Below, in pieces: positions 13,810 through 26,753 of a DNA stretch of 64,000 nucleotides. The notes under the pieces are model-generated. The model was given only the letters and a program-made list of their open reading frames with translations, did not search any database and had not been told where the DNA came from. The position numbers and the translations under genes are program-made. Source of the stretch: Vicugna vicugna (lineage: Eukaryota); NCBI GenBank assembly GCA_013265495.1, contig MU058584.1:7778407-7842406 (forward strand), in the 5' to 3' direction. Within the stretch, counting starts at the first letter, position 1; every line of letters starts with the position of its first letter.

Positions 13810-14382
13810 TCCAGTTCTTTTCAGTGTAATAAAATCATCCCCTAGTGCTGTAACCAATGTTTTATTGTGGTTATCGATTCTGAGGGTCAGGTGTAAGGAC
13901 AGGGCACACACGGGGGATTTGTCTTTGCTCCGCAATGTCTGGGTCCTCAGCTGGAAGATTAAAAGGCTTAGGGTGATTTGACAGCTGGAGGTTGGAATTA
14001 TCTGAAGGCTCATTCACTCAGACATCTGGCAGTGGCTGGAATCTAAGCTGAGGCTACTGGCCAGAACACCCGCATGTCACCTTTGTCACCTGGGCTTCCT
14101 TATAATATTGAGGTTGTCTTCTAAGGGCATGTCCAAGATAGAGAGCTAGCCAGGCAGAATCCACACCTCCTTTAACGATCTTTTACAACATAGCCTTGGA
14201 AATCACCCAGCCTCACTTTTACTCCATTCTATTTGTCGAGGGAGCCACAAATCCCACCTCCCTTCTATGTCAAGGGGAGAGGGATAGCCCCTGCCTCTTG
14301 ATGGGGGAGTGACAGGGTTCCAGAAGAACGTGTGGAACTGGACAAATTTCTGTGATGATTTTTGGAAAATACAATAGACCAC
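13810..14382 (-). mobile_element. MaLR LTR (MLT1H/I-like)
   Basis: tgtctgggtcctcagctggaagat...atctgaaggctcattcactca...ttttggaaaatacaatagaccaca. Confidence 0.7.
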
Positions 14383-15334
14383 AGCCATCATCATGCTTTC
14401 TCTTGCAGTTAAGTCTGTTGTCACCAATTCTTACTGAAAAAGCCAGATGAGTCACAGATTTTTCAGGCCCAGAGCGATTTTAGATGGCAGAGAGACCTCC
14501 CTAGTTCAGTGACACCAAGTACTTGCTTTTCCACTAGGGAAAGAAAGGTCCCACCTTCATCACTGAAATAGTTTGGTTAACAGTCCGGGAACTGCTGTTT
14601 ATTTTGTTAATAGGCTGACCAAGACCAGAAAGTTCTGCTGAGAGAGTCCATGTCTCATTGAAGTTTACATTCTGTCTTATATTTGTAAATACAGATATAA
14701 AGTCATTACTTGAGTGTGGAAGGATCAAACAGACCCAACAGAGGGAGCTTGGAAAAGGAGCAGGGAAAGAGGGAAAATGTGTGTACAGGAGAGAGGACTT
14801 GGGGAGAGGAGGAAGGAGCTTTTTAAATCTCTGCCATTCATCTTTGCCAAGTGGGAGATCTTGGCTGACCATCGTTGGGTCTTGGTAGACAGAACACAGC
14901 AGAATGATCTCCCAGCAGTGTTTGAACGGGCTGTGCCAACATACTTGTCATCAGCTTTCTGCCTGGATAATAATACACAAATCAACCCAAGCAATATGTA
15001 TTTTATACCTCTTATGTGCCTCTTTTAGGTCTGTGAGAAGCTTATGTAAAATAAAAAAATGAGACTCTGGCCTCAGGGAGTTTAGTTCTCAGGGCAAGGG
15101 GGTCAAAGGAGAATCATATACTTGACATAAGTCACTTGCTCACTCTACAGTGAGAATGCGAGTTGTCAGCTAACCAGGGTGCTGGTGCAACTTGAAAACT
15201 GAATGAAATAAGAATAGAAATAAAGTTTATCAAATGTCCCCACAGCCACACTTTTTGTCCAGTATAAAGGAGACGTTTTATTTAGGTCTTATGAGGATAA
15301 TGGCTCAAGGAGCCTAGGGAAGATTGTGTTAGAA

Positions 15335-15478
15335 TAGTGTTTCCAAACTTATTTGACAACAAAAGCCACCAAGTGAGTACAGATTTCAGGACCAGTCTCC
15401 TGGAGATTCTGATCTTGTGGTTCTAGGGTGAGCTTAGGAAACTGTAGTTTTTACAGAGGAAAATTTGGAAAATTGAGA
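15335..15478. mobile_element. MER5-like hAT element
   Basis: agtgtttccaaact...ggagattctgat...ctagggtgagcttaggaa...tttggaaaattg. Confidence 0.55.
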
Positions 15479-16933
15479 TCTGAGAGAAATTGCAATTGAC
15501 CAAAGAGGAGTGAAAACTCAAAGAACTGCTTGTGCAATTAAAAGAAGAAACTGAGCACAGCTAATTAGATGCTTTGTGCCCATTTCACAAAGTGATCGAA
15601 TCTACATTAGCAACAATGCTGATAAATACAACAAAAAATGCATTAATTCAAAACACTCTGTTCATTTGTCAAGACATTTCCAGCAAATGTGAGTCTCCGA
15701 CTGAAAAGCAGATAGAGTTACTTGCAATTACGCAGATAAACACATCACATTAATTTTTGTAACCTTTAAGTAGGTTCTGGAAAAAGGTAAAGTTAAAAAC
15801 AGGCAATGTTTAAAATTAACTAAAATAATTTTAAAGGATTCAGAAATTAAATTCTCCTCCTACTGATCAAAAATCCCATCCTTCCTTATCTCTGATTTTT
15901 AGTAATAGGCATTTTTTTCTTTTCAAACTTCTTAGAGCATAATTTTTCTTTTCAACTGTATCTTGGAAGGTGAGACTTTAACTATTGACAGTCCTAATAA
16001 AATCCAATAAAGCCAAATGTTTCTAAACAGTCTAAAAAATCAGACTTTAATGTTCCAACTCACAAGTAATGTAATGAGTTTTGTGCCGCTTAATTGTAAT
16101 TTCGAGTTTTTTTTTAATTGTAGTTGTAGTTTTAAATGAAAGAATTCATGTAAAAGCTCTAATTCTGAATATAAAAGATGTCCAATAAATTTAAGTATCT
16201 CACATTATGAATTATCATCATTATTACCATTGTCATCTTCATAGTTAGACTTGATTGAATGGCTCCTTTGTGCCAAGAAAAATGCTAAGTGCTGTGGGGA
16301 AACAGAGGTGAAATAAGATACTTCCCACCCTCCAGTGAAGGACACACTAACTATGGTGTAAGTCAGAATATAATAAACCACACGATGAAGTTCACAAAAT
16401 AGAGAAATTGCACAGCTGGGTTCTGCCAGAGGAAAAGACTTTATGGAGAAAGGAGCTTTTCAACTGGCCTACAAAACGTTTCTACAAAAATGCTGTATTC
16501 TCAGCTGTTGCTCAGCGTTCCCTAGAAGTATCTTGGTTACTCTTCATGAATTATTTGGTGATGTGAAATGATTAATGTTTAATGCTTTCCTATGGAATAG
16601 ACTTTCCCAATGAGTCCAACTCAACGGTTTGAGTCGTTTCAGTGTAACGAACTGAGAAGTTGTTTTGTGGAAGGATATTGCAAAGGTTCTTCAATACTAG
16701 TTTACCTTGGCTATCGTTTCATGCAGATCCTTCAAAGATTTACTGACTCATGCACTTTAATATCCCATTGTCTCCCTGTGCAAAATGAAGAGGAGAAATT
16801 TCTTGATCTATATAGTGATCTTCACAATTCAGACCTTGAAACAGAACAACTGAATAACTGAGGCAAAATAATGTTCCTCAATCATCCAGGTGATTGCTTC
16901 ACTTAAGAGGACAATTAGAAATATGGTTTTAAG

Positions 16934-16935
<2 letters not shown>

Positions 16936-16966
<31 letters not shown>
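16936..16966. repeat. (TA)n microsatellite
   Basis: Read directly from the sequence. Confidence 0.9.
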
Positions 16967-16968
<2 letters not shown>

Positions 16969-17289
16969 AAAGAGAAAATTTCAGGCATGGAAAAAATATG
17001 TTTAAAATATTAAATAGGTGGTTGTGAGAACAGGAGTAGCAAGGAGCATTCTAGTTATGCTTTCCTGTTCTAAAGTGAAAAATAAACCTTAGGATAATGT
17101 TCATTTGCTCCACATCTCCACTTTTTATTACCTTCTTGCATTCAATTCAGATTTTCAAGTCTAGGGAATACATGGTACAATTGTGAAATCTACACATCAT
17201 AGCAGATCACTTTGTTTCACATATTCAGAATAGATGAATAGGAAGGGGAAAAATATTAAAACATAAAAAATAGCACTTATTTTGCCACC

Positions 17290-19090
17290 AATCTCAAACA
17301 CCATGATAAAACATCTGAATTTTTCAAAACAAATTAAGTTGTACATGCACATAAGAATCAAATAGTTCTAACAAAGTTATAAAAAAAGCAATTCCCTACT
17401 GCCCTTCTTCTATTTCTCCCTGTTCAAAAATCAACTGCTTTTATCTCTTATAGTCAGTTATTCTGATATTTACCTCCATGTCCTAAATAGCACGTGTTGT
17501 TATTCTTTCTCTTTGTTTTTCCAAGTTTTCGGCACCCTTGATTGACTTTCTGCTATGGAAGCTGAGGATTTTGCTCTTTTTCCTTTTTCCTAACGAATAA
17601 CTCCTACCAGAGACCTGTAATCCTTCCAATCCTCCCATCCTCCTGGTGTAGTTATATCATAATTTTGACTAAGTTTCATTGTTTGTTATTGAGATCATGG
17701 AAATATTATTCACAGATGAATGTTTCCTGCAGAGCTGTTTTCTCAACTGTTTTTCTAAGTGCTGTTCACTAATTCAACTATCTTTTCACAAGTGCCTAAA
17801 TTTCCCCAACAAGTCGCTCAGATGCTGTAGATGCTCTATCGACGTCACCTTCTTGAAGAGATCTCTCCCAGCGCCTTCTGACCTGCCCCAGTCCCCAGCG
17901 CCTGCCTCCAATGCCTGGTACTCAGCTACTGAGTTTTTCCTTCGCTGTCACCCTGGGCATCCCCTTCACATCTTTCCTCTGTACCGGATTTCCTGTTTCC
18001 TGTATAAAACAAGTGTCTTCTTCTTTTCGGGTTTCCTACCTTGTTTCGGTAAAGCAAAATCTCCTTTCATGAGAAGTGCACAGCAGGTACAGTTTTTGAA
18101 AGTTTGCCTGTCTGAAAATGTCCTTTTTTCTCCCTGACACTTGGGGACTGATGGGTGGCTTGGATAAGCATAGAATTCTTGGTTTGAAATAATCTTCCTT
18201 CAGTATTTTGAAGACGCTGCTCCATTACTTTTCAGCTTCCCATGTAAATGCAGAGAGAGACTATTGATTGCTGATTTTTTGTGCACGGTCTTTCTTTCTC
18301 TTGTATCTCTACAACTTCTGTGATCTTCTCTTTGTCTCCAATGTTCTCAGATTTCACAGTGATGTACCTTAGTGTTGGTCATTTTTATCCAGTGTTTTGG
18401 GTACTTAGACTAGGGGACTTTCAGTATGGAATCTCTCTCAACTCTAGGAAAGAATCTTGAAAATTGTTTATTTCCTCATCCATGTCTTCTCTCTTCTATT
18501 ACAGGTATAATGAACCTCCTGGATTAGTTTATACCTTTTTGTCTACTTTCTAGATGATTTCTGCAACTTTTCCAACTTTTCTATTGAGTTTTGTTATTTC
18601 ACAGATTTACTTTGTAAGAGATCCTCTTGTTCTTGACAGGTTTTATATATATATATCATACTATATATGTATATATAGTATTCTACTCCTCTTTTATGGT
18701 AGCAATATCTAGTAATGTTAGAATTTCTTTTTTTAAGTTCACTGTGTAGTCTTTTTCTTCTACCCCAAGTTGTTTATTTTTCCCTATGTATTTCAGTCTC
18801 TATCAATCATGTTAGAGTGTTTTCTTATGCCTGGCAGTCATTAGTTATCTGCTCTTTTTTAAGAATGGGACACCAAAAAGCTGATTGGATACTCTGAGTA
18901 CATGGCTGCAACTTGACAATGACCTTTCCTGTAGGATGAGCTGGTTGGGAAAACTTGGGTCTCAGCATCTTTTAGGTCTTTCATCTTCAGATAATCAAAA
19001 TCCCCAGAAAAGACTCTTCCAATCTCCTGCCTAGAGGATGAGAGACTGCTGTCAGTGCAGGGAGATGGCTAGGACCTCAGCATCAAGTCT
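17290..19090 (-). mobile_element. Ancient L1/HAL1-like fragment
   Basis: T-rich + strand with L1 ORF1-antisense motifs (agaattcttggtttgaaataatcttccttcagtattttgaag); part is homologous to 44400-44950. Confidence 0.55.
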
Positions 19091-19736
19091 GGGTTCCTAC
19101 TCCCCCCAAATTGCTATTAGAGAGTTTTTAAATGTAGAAAAGCTGAAGGAATAGCCCAATGGCTACCTGTATACCCTCCATCTAGATTCCACAGTATTTA
19201 ACTGTTGGCCCTATTTGTTCTCGCTCACTCTCTCTGAACCTTTGAAGGTAAGATGCTGTCACCATGGCATTTCACTTTTCAGTATTTTGGTATACATCCC
19301 CTCAAAGTGAGGACATTTCCTATATAACCACAGCAGTGTTATCATGTGTAAGAAAAAACAATTATTTAATGCCCAGTCCTATTCAAATTTCCCCAACCAA
19401 TTGATACTCCTGTCTTAAACTATGCTAGTTTTTCCCAAGTCCAAGCTTTACCTTTATCCTTCCCTGATAATAAATCTATAGTCTTTTGCTGGAGTTGGGG
19501 GAAGGGCAGTCATCTAGCCAAGTAGAGTGGTGGAGGGTCTCTAACTATTTCTTAATTTGCAACTCCCTCCCACTATCACCACCAACAAACACAAGTACAT
19601 TCAAGTTCACTTCCTGTGGTAGTTGGTGCTGTCATTTCCTGAATGAGCTTTCTGGGGATTCTGTGTCACAAATTGGGTTAGTTTTTGCATTTCCTATTGC
19701 TAAATTAGGGTTCCGTTTTTTCATATCTGCTGTGTT

Positions 19737-19871
19737 GAGGATTATTATGTTATTTATTGTTCAAACCAGAATGCATTTGAGAGTAAAGTTGGCACTATTA
19801 TTAATTATACCAGGACTAGTCATAGGGGTAAACCAGGACTGTTCTTGGAAGACCAGCATATGGTCACTTTA
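19737..19871 (+). mobile_element. MER94-like hAT-Blackjack element
   Basis: ttcaaaccagaatgcatttgagagtaaag...taaaccaggactgt...atatggtcacttta. Confidence 0.65.
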
Positions 19872-20574
19872 TGAGGTCGATTCCTTACCTGTATGCTTTC
19901 CAGCTTCAGAGTTTCGTTCTTCTGGTCCTCTCACCTGATCTCCCCATCCGTGTGGCTTTATGTACAAACAACAAACAAAACTCTCCTGTGGTTTTACAGG
20001 GGTTTGTGAGTAAAGATAATTGCATGTGTTCAGTTGCATTATCTTTATCCAATCTAATGATCTTGAAGTCACTGTGATCCCTTTGTACTTGGCACTGCAT
20101 TGTGTTATTTGAGTGTTCTTGAATGCTTTGCTCCAAAGAAGATAGCATCTCTAATGCTTACTCTTTAAAGTCATCACATGACCTAATGTGAAGTATTTTA
20201 TGTAAGTATTCAAGAAATATATTTATTTTATTTGATTAGAACTCACCATCACTGTTTATGTCAAACATGGAACACCAAATAAGTGGCAGGCAAACCAAAA
20301 TTAGAAGGCATATGGTAAAGATTGTTAAAAGTTTTAAGTAGATTCTAGGGTTTACTGTCCCCTCTGCCTGATATAGGTTCTCTGCACATCTCTGTCTTTG
20401 AAAATCCTATTCATCTTTCAAAGCTCACCTCTAATCTGCCTCCACCTTTACATCTTCCCTGATAATTTCCTTGAAAGGAAAAAAAAAAGTAATTTCTTTT
20501 TCCTCTAAACTCTTGTGACACACATTTTCATATTATTTGTGGCATTTATTCCATGGCTTATGTATTTCCCCTAG

Positions 20575-20880
20575 TGCAATGGCTTTCACTTTATTTTGAC
20601 TACAACCCACATTAAAACGTGTATCTTACATTGCAACCCACTATGCATATGCATATGCATATACAACAGAACACACATTTACACACGTGTACACATGCAC
20701 ACATACACAACACACATATCACTGGAATGAGAGTAACTGAACTAATACTGCCCCTTACTGAGGCACTGATGTTTTATAAATTATTACCTTTTACTCTTTA
20801 AAAAGTGCTGCCAGAGTCCCTGAAAATTGATTTCTTGATTCTCTAATGAATGGTGGCTCACAATTTATAAAACAATGCCC
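20575..20880. mobile_element. Old hAT/Charlie-type element with internal CA-rich tract
   Basis: Inverted homolog of 2330-2565. Confidence 0.45.
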
Positions 20881-20885
20881 TAGTA

Positions 20886-21378
20886 CAGGGCTTCTTAACT
20901 TGGAATCCACATATACAATTCACTGGTCCATGAACTTGGACAGAAAAATAATTATGTCTTTATTTTCACTTACCTTTTACTGAAATTTAGAATTCCCTCT
21001 TCTTATGGATGTAGGTAACTAACCTTAGCAGTACTAACAATATCTATAACTTTGTCACTGATAGAAATCTCAGATCTTTTCATATCACGTGATGCATATG
21101 GTAGGTATCTTGAAATATCTTTTAAATTCATCACTCTTTTGGAATTTTTGAAGCTATTGGCCTGCTTCTAAGTCTTATTTTATATGTGGATAAAAAAAGC
21201 ACATGTATTATTTATCACAAATTTGCTTTGTAATATTTTTATAACTCTATTTTAGTAAAGTTGGTTTCCTTTGTAATCTATGGCTTTATTTTATACCTTC
21301 ACAAACACCCTGAGAAGGGGCCCCTGGGCATGACCAGACTGCCAAACGAGTGCAGTCTAGAAGAAGGTTAAGATCCTG
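20886..21378. mobile_element. hAT/Charlie MER element with terminal inverted repeats
   Basis: Ends CAGGGCTTCTTAAC...GGTTAAGATCCTG; CTAGTA on both flanks. Confidence 0.65.
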
Positions 21379-23406
21379 CTAGTACACTGTGAGTGTACTG
21401 GAGACAAATGTCTGTCACAGCACTTTCCATACAAGAAAGGCTCTTATTTGTTAAACACATTATTTCTCCAGTTTACTCAGGGGTAATGTAAACCCAGAAA
21501 AATCTAGTCACATACAAGTCAAACAATGTTATGCTAAAAAGCTTATTTGGCTACTTATAATGGAAGAGATAGTTGGCTAGGGGCTCTAGACTAGTCAGTT
21601 GCATAAAAAAAACTTCCCCATTTTAGGGGCTTGCTATTCCAAAGGAACTTAAACTGTTGGGCAGATTATAATTCAGTATGATGAGACAAACAACATGGTA
21701 ATTAAGTAAAAAATCATTTCTTGGGCCCCTGTAATTAAAAAAAAAAGTATTGTGTTTTACATATGTAACACATGATCTCTTTGCATAAGGAATTTATACA
21801 CTGCTGAGGGGACAGGCATCATAAGAGCTGAGAACACAGGTGTTTCAGATGAGAAGGTTGAGACATGAAAGGAAACAGTTGGGGATAAGTCTTAAAACCA
21901 TCAACTGAGTTGGATCATAAGAAGCTTCGAATGCCAGATAGGACTTTATTCAATAAATATTTAAGATCTTTTGGAGATTTTTTGCATCAAAGTAAGGATG
22001 TAATGAAGGTCATGCTTTAGGAAGCTCCATCTGAGAGTAGTATACAGGAGGTACTGAAGGGCATGGCAGTTAGAATCCTTAATATGTCATCATTGGTTAC
22101 TTCATTTCTCTATTTGGAAACTCGTATTTTAAAATGCTTGCTAGATATTTCCACCAGAACCTCAAGCTCAATACTATGCTTCTAAAACCAAACTAATGTC
22201 CCCTACAAACCTGGGACTTCTGACTTTCCTATTCCTGTTACCACATACCGTCCCGGAAACCATCTTAGATTTCTCCCTCTCCACCACCCACTTCCTGAGT
22301 AATCCTTCTTTCTGGCCAATTCCATGACTAGCCTGCTAAACTCATGAATCTCCAAAGTAGACATATGTTATCCAGTGATACAAGATTAACTTGGGGCTCA
22401 TAAAGTAGAGATTTTTAAGGGGAAATCCTACCTTTTGTTATTTGCAATATACACATAACTAAACATGCCAACATTACACTTTGTGATTCTTCTGTCTGTT
22501 AAGGGTCTGAATTGTCAGGCTATCCTAGAGAAGCAATATACTTTCTTACCTCCCTCTGAGTGCTACCTTGACCTCCAGATGTGGCCACATTATCAGAGGT
22601 CTGAGGTAGATTTGGTAAGGTAGTTTAGGCTCTCTTCAGATGAGGAGTAACTAAATAAAAGAGGAATGTGCTACTCTATGCACATATCTACACACACTCA
22701 ACAGAAGCAGCAAAAAGTGGAGTGAAGACGAATAGTAAGAAAGCTCTGTTTATATTGTATCTATATGTCATTAAAATTTTAAGTGCTGATCGTCACATTC
22801 ACCCTTCTCCTCTGGTTTAGTTCCTTTTATTGTCTCTCTATTATTAGTCTTTCCTTAATTCTCGGGACTTTCTTCCACTGATTTCCAGGGAACTTTTGTC
22901 CTAACTGGCTTTTTCTACTCTGGAAGCATCTAATTTGCTTGAGCCTCAGCTGTTCCTCTCTAAGTCACATATTATCTCAGCATTTTATAATATTGCAAAG
23001 GGCAGAGAACTTTAACAACCAATTCAAAATATATCAAAGTTTGCTCATCAAATACCACCGACTTAAATTAGACAAATATTTCTTCTCCAGAGCTTTCAAA
23101 GTATGATTTATATATGAGATAAAGGATAAAGGAGCTGGCCAGAGGGGCTGGCTTCTTTGCCAAGATCTGCTTGTTCTTTTTCACCATCAGCAAACAGAGT
23201 AACTGATTTTTATCAGGGCAGAGACTTAAGCTGTCCCAAGTTTCTATGTAGTTAACCTTTTAGGAACAGAAGAACTCACGTTCATCATGCAGATTAGTCC
23301 TTGGTGAGTCCTTCCTCAGTAATCCAAAGATCTGCAAGGCACATAAGTTGTCATGTGTGTGGTCAGTGCTCTATAGATTCTATTGAATTGGGAGATTCTG
23401 CTATAG

Positions 23407-23603
23407 CAGAGTTTCTCAAGCCGGGCAGTTTGGGCTTTTCAGGCCAAATAATTTTTTTGTCGTATAGGGCTGTCCTCTGCATTGTAGGATGTAGCTCCCC
23501 TGGCCTCTACCCACTAGATGTAGCACTTCCTCAGTTGTGACAACTGAAAATGTTTCCAGACATTGCTCCCAAGGGGAAAAATTGCTCCTGGCTGAGAACC
23601 ATT
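23407..23603 (+). mobile_element. MER20 DNA transposon
   Basis: gggctgtcctctgcattgtaggatg...cctggcctctacccactagatg...agttgtgacaactgaaaatgtttccagacattgc...tgagaacca. Confidence 0.85.
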
Positions 23604-25800
23604 ATAGTATAGTTAAGAGGTGGTGCATGGTGCTTACTTAGCCTGAGCCCTGAAGACCATGTACGTGTTTTGATTTTTCTATATACTATCTTGCCATTCT
23701 TTGGCAAATGTTATACTTTTAAGCAAGGTACCATTTATCTATACTAAATTTATTTTATATAATTCTTACTCGTTTTATTATTATATTTATCTATCAAGTT
23801 ATATTTTTTCATTATTTTTCTTATACTTAGCAACCATGCAGAAAAACATCTACCAGTTTTTCAAAGTCCACCTCCATGGAACTTATTTTCACTATCTGAA
23901 GCCCTGAAATAAGGAAGAATGAACACAAATAGAAACTCAGGTAAAGAAGCTAATTTATGGGAGAGATGGGTTCAATTTTATGCAGGTAAAATTTGAACTG
24001 AATAAATGGTAGAATAAGTATTATGTCCAGCAACTACTTGAACAGCAGGTTGGAATATAGATAGACCTGGGAGTCAACAGTATAGTTGAGAACTGAAATT
24101 ATGAAATATCCAAGAGACAAATGGAAAAGCTCAGAGGACTGAAGATTAAACCTTAACATGAAGCTATGGAATGAAACTAGCAAGAAGAGAAAAGGATATT
24201 TATTGATTGAAATAATGAAAGTTAATGATTGAATAATAATTAAATGAATGGCAACCCCATCACAGGGGTAGCAATAAAGCCCCAACAGTAGGAAAAAAGG
24301 GAGAAATAAGGATGAAAAGAAAGAAAAATAGAAAAAGAAAAGAAGGAAAGAAAGAAGGGAGGAAGAAAAAGTCTATTTACTAGCTGTATACTCCAAAAGA
24401 TCATTGCAGAGACTTGGTGGAAAAGAAGTGGGTGGACTTGTGGGTTTGGAGTGAAAAGGAGAGGAGATAGGAGAGGCATCTGATAGCTTGCCAGGCTTGA
24501 GATGAGCACGTAGTCCAACAGAACTTTCTTGGCTGGGATCCACTGAGGATCAGCCGAGGAGCACCTGTTCTCTATCATGCATAATCCAGTTTCTGGAGTG
24601 AAAGGAAAAGAGTGCTTAACATTGTAAAGAACATAAAAATCCTTCTATTGCCCCTACCTTCCTTTTAACTTACATATTAATCATTTGATACTGCTCTTGG
24701 TTGAGGTAAGTGCTTGCCTAATTCAGTGATAGAGATAAAAGGATTTTATTGTTATATACTATGAGTGGCATGAACAGATCATTGTAACTGTTACCTAATT
24801 ATTGCCAGAAAAATTAGTTTAGGATGAATTTCTCTAAAACCAAGTCACCCTTTGTAGAATTTTTCTAATATCCAGTTAACTTACATCAAGAATTTTAGAA
24901 TGAGTCAAGATACGCAGTTCCCTGGGAATACAATTAACCAATTCAACTTAGGTTTACAAGGAAATTACATGGCTCAAAATTAGGTGTTAGATGGGCATTT
25001 GTCTGAGTTTTCCCCTCTGGCTACATGGGCAATAACTGGCGTATGCTTTAATAACACCTGCTTTGAACATTTTTTTTTTTTACAGTAAACACTATGGCAT
25101 GTTCCACGACACAGACAACTGGAGTCTCCCCTCTCCCATTTGACTGGCTGCTTTAGGTAGTTCTGAGTTTCCGACAGCCAACACAAAAAGGGAAACACCA
25201 CTGAGTTATTCTTTCGTATTTCTTATTTTGTAAAAGAAATATCCCACGGTAGCGATAACTTCCCTCTCAGTGTCAAGAGCCTGAAACAAATATATCATCA
25301 AATATATCAGAGGCAGAAGAAGGAACACATTAGGCCAAAGGCGAGACATTTCCCCTGAGCAGAAGCTAGTGCCTCTTCCTCTATATTTTACCATCTAAGG
25401 GAAGAGTGCTACGTCAAGAGGCACTTGGGAGGAAAAGCAGTTAAGCATTTTGAATTTACAGGCAGACGGTCCCTAAGCTTCTGGGAGACCTTTAAGTGCC
25501 TCAGTGGTATAAATATCTCGGGTGGGCACACGGCTTGTTTTAAAGATTGAAAAGCGGTCACATTTTTGTCCCCGACTGTAGCAATAGACGTATGAACGCG
25601 ACCATCTGCCCCACTTTTGGTGAACCGCAGGACTTGGAGCTCCCCAAGCAGGAGCCGCAGTTTTCCCTTCCGGGCCCACCGCAGCGAACCCAAAGCATGA
25701 ACCCAAGAGAACGGAGACCAATAGAGCTGATCCCAACAGAGGAATCTGACGGATGGCGAAATTCTCCACGAGTCGGCAGAGAAGCGAAAGACTTCCCGCC

Positions 25801-25855
25801 CCAACCAATCAGATGAGAGGGAATCTTGGCACACCCCTTTGCGCCAACCAATCAG
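25801..25855 (+). promoter_or_regulatory. Tandem NF-Y CCAAT boxes
   Basis: CCAACCAATCAG at both 25801-25812 and 25844-25855. Confidence 0.65.
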
Positions 25856-26104
25856 CCCCTCGCTCGATGGGCCGGGCACGCTGACCCCGGGAAAACGCCT
25901 TTTAAATATATTGGTATAGTTTTTTTTCCCCGCGGTCATTCTAGGCCTTTCCACGAACTGTGGTCAAAAGAGGAAAACAGAATGTAGCAATTCCAAAGCT
26001 GGTCAGTCTTGCGGTGAGAAGAGAAACTACAGACCTCTTCATCAAAACAGTGATACCAGGAGGGATAGGGAAAGGGAAAGGGAAAGGAGTGTTCCGGAGG
26101 GCAA

Positions 26105-26130
26105 ACTACAACTCCCAATGGCCCTTGCGC
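26105..26130 (+). promoter_or_regulatory. ZNF143/THAP11-type ACTACAnnTCCCA promoter motif
   Basis: ACTACAACTCCCA at 26105-26117 followed by ATGGCCCTTGCGC, inside the CpG island. Confidence 0.75.
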
Positions 26131-26496
26131 GCCCTGTGCTAGGGGGCGGGCCATTGTGGGAGGAAGCCTGAGGGTCACGAGGCTCCTCTCGGACTTCCCA
26201 AATCCGAGCCACTGACTGGCCGGGACTTGAGGTGGGCAGGGCGGCTGCCTGCCCGGCTCTCGCGCTTTCTGTCCGCCTCCCTCCAGCTCACCCGCCTGAG
26301 ACGTCGGAGGGGGCGTGGCCCGCGCGGAGGCTGGTGGGGGTGCGAGCGCCGCGGGACGTGGGTGACGCGTCTCCTTCCAGCTCAGCGGTGTGTGAGGTGT
26401 CGCGGCCCCGCCGGCGATTGGCTGTTGAGAGGCGAGTACGCAGCGGCCGTTGGTCGCCGGCAGCACGGAGCCAGGGCCTGGGCGGGCGGGGGGGAT

Positions 26497-26592
26497 ATGG
26501 GCTGGCAGTGGCGGCGGCGGCGGCTGGAGGAGGCGGGCGCGGACGAGCCGGCGGCCGCGGCAGCAGCGGCGGTCCCCGGAGTCCTCCTGTGA
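26497..26592 (+). other. Candidate uORF1, 31 aa (MGWQWRRRRLEEAGADEPAAAAAAAVPGVLL)
   Basis: gatATGG context (G at -3, G at +4); out of frame with SUCO; depends on the TSS lying upstream of 26497. Confidence 0.5.
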
Positions 26593-26753
26593 AGCGCCCG
26601 GGTCGGCGCCGCCGTGTGCCCCTGGGAGCGGGCGGCCAGCGTGCGAGCCTCTCAGGGGCCGCTCCTCCCGCTCCGCAGCCCTTCGGACTCTCGGTCCCAT
26701 CCTCGCTCTCCTGCTCCTCCATCTTGGCCTCGGCAGTGGCGGCTGCCGGGAGG

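Noticed and set aside
1066..25400. Numerous 60-160 aa ORFs in the upstream region
   Set aside because: Many start at non-ATG codons or overlap repeats and low-complexity tracts; none resembles a known protein or chains into a spliced gene model.
25936..26700. 254-aa minus-strand ORF and other long overlapping ORFs across the CpG island
   Set aside because: Pro/Arg/Ala/Gly-rich translations of GC-rich, stop-poor DNA with no recognisable domain.
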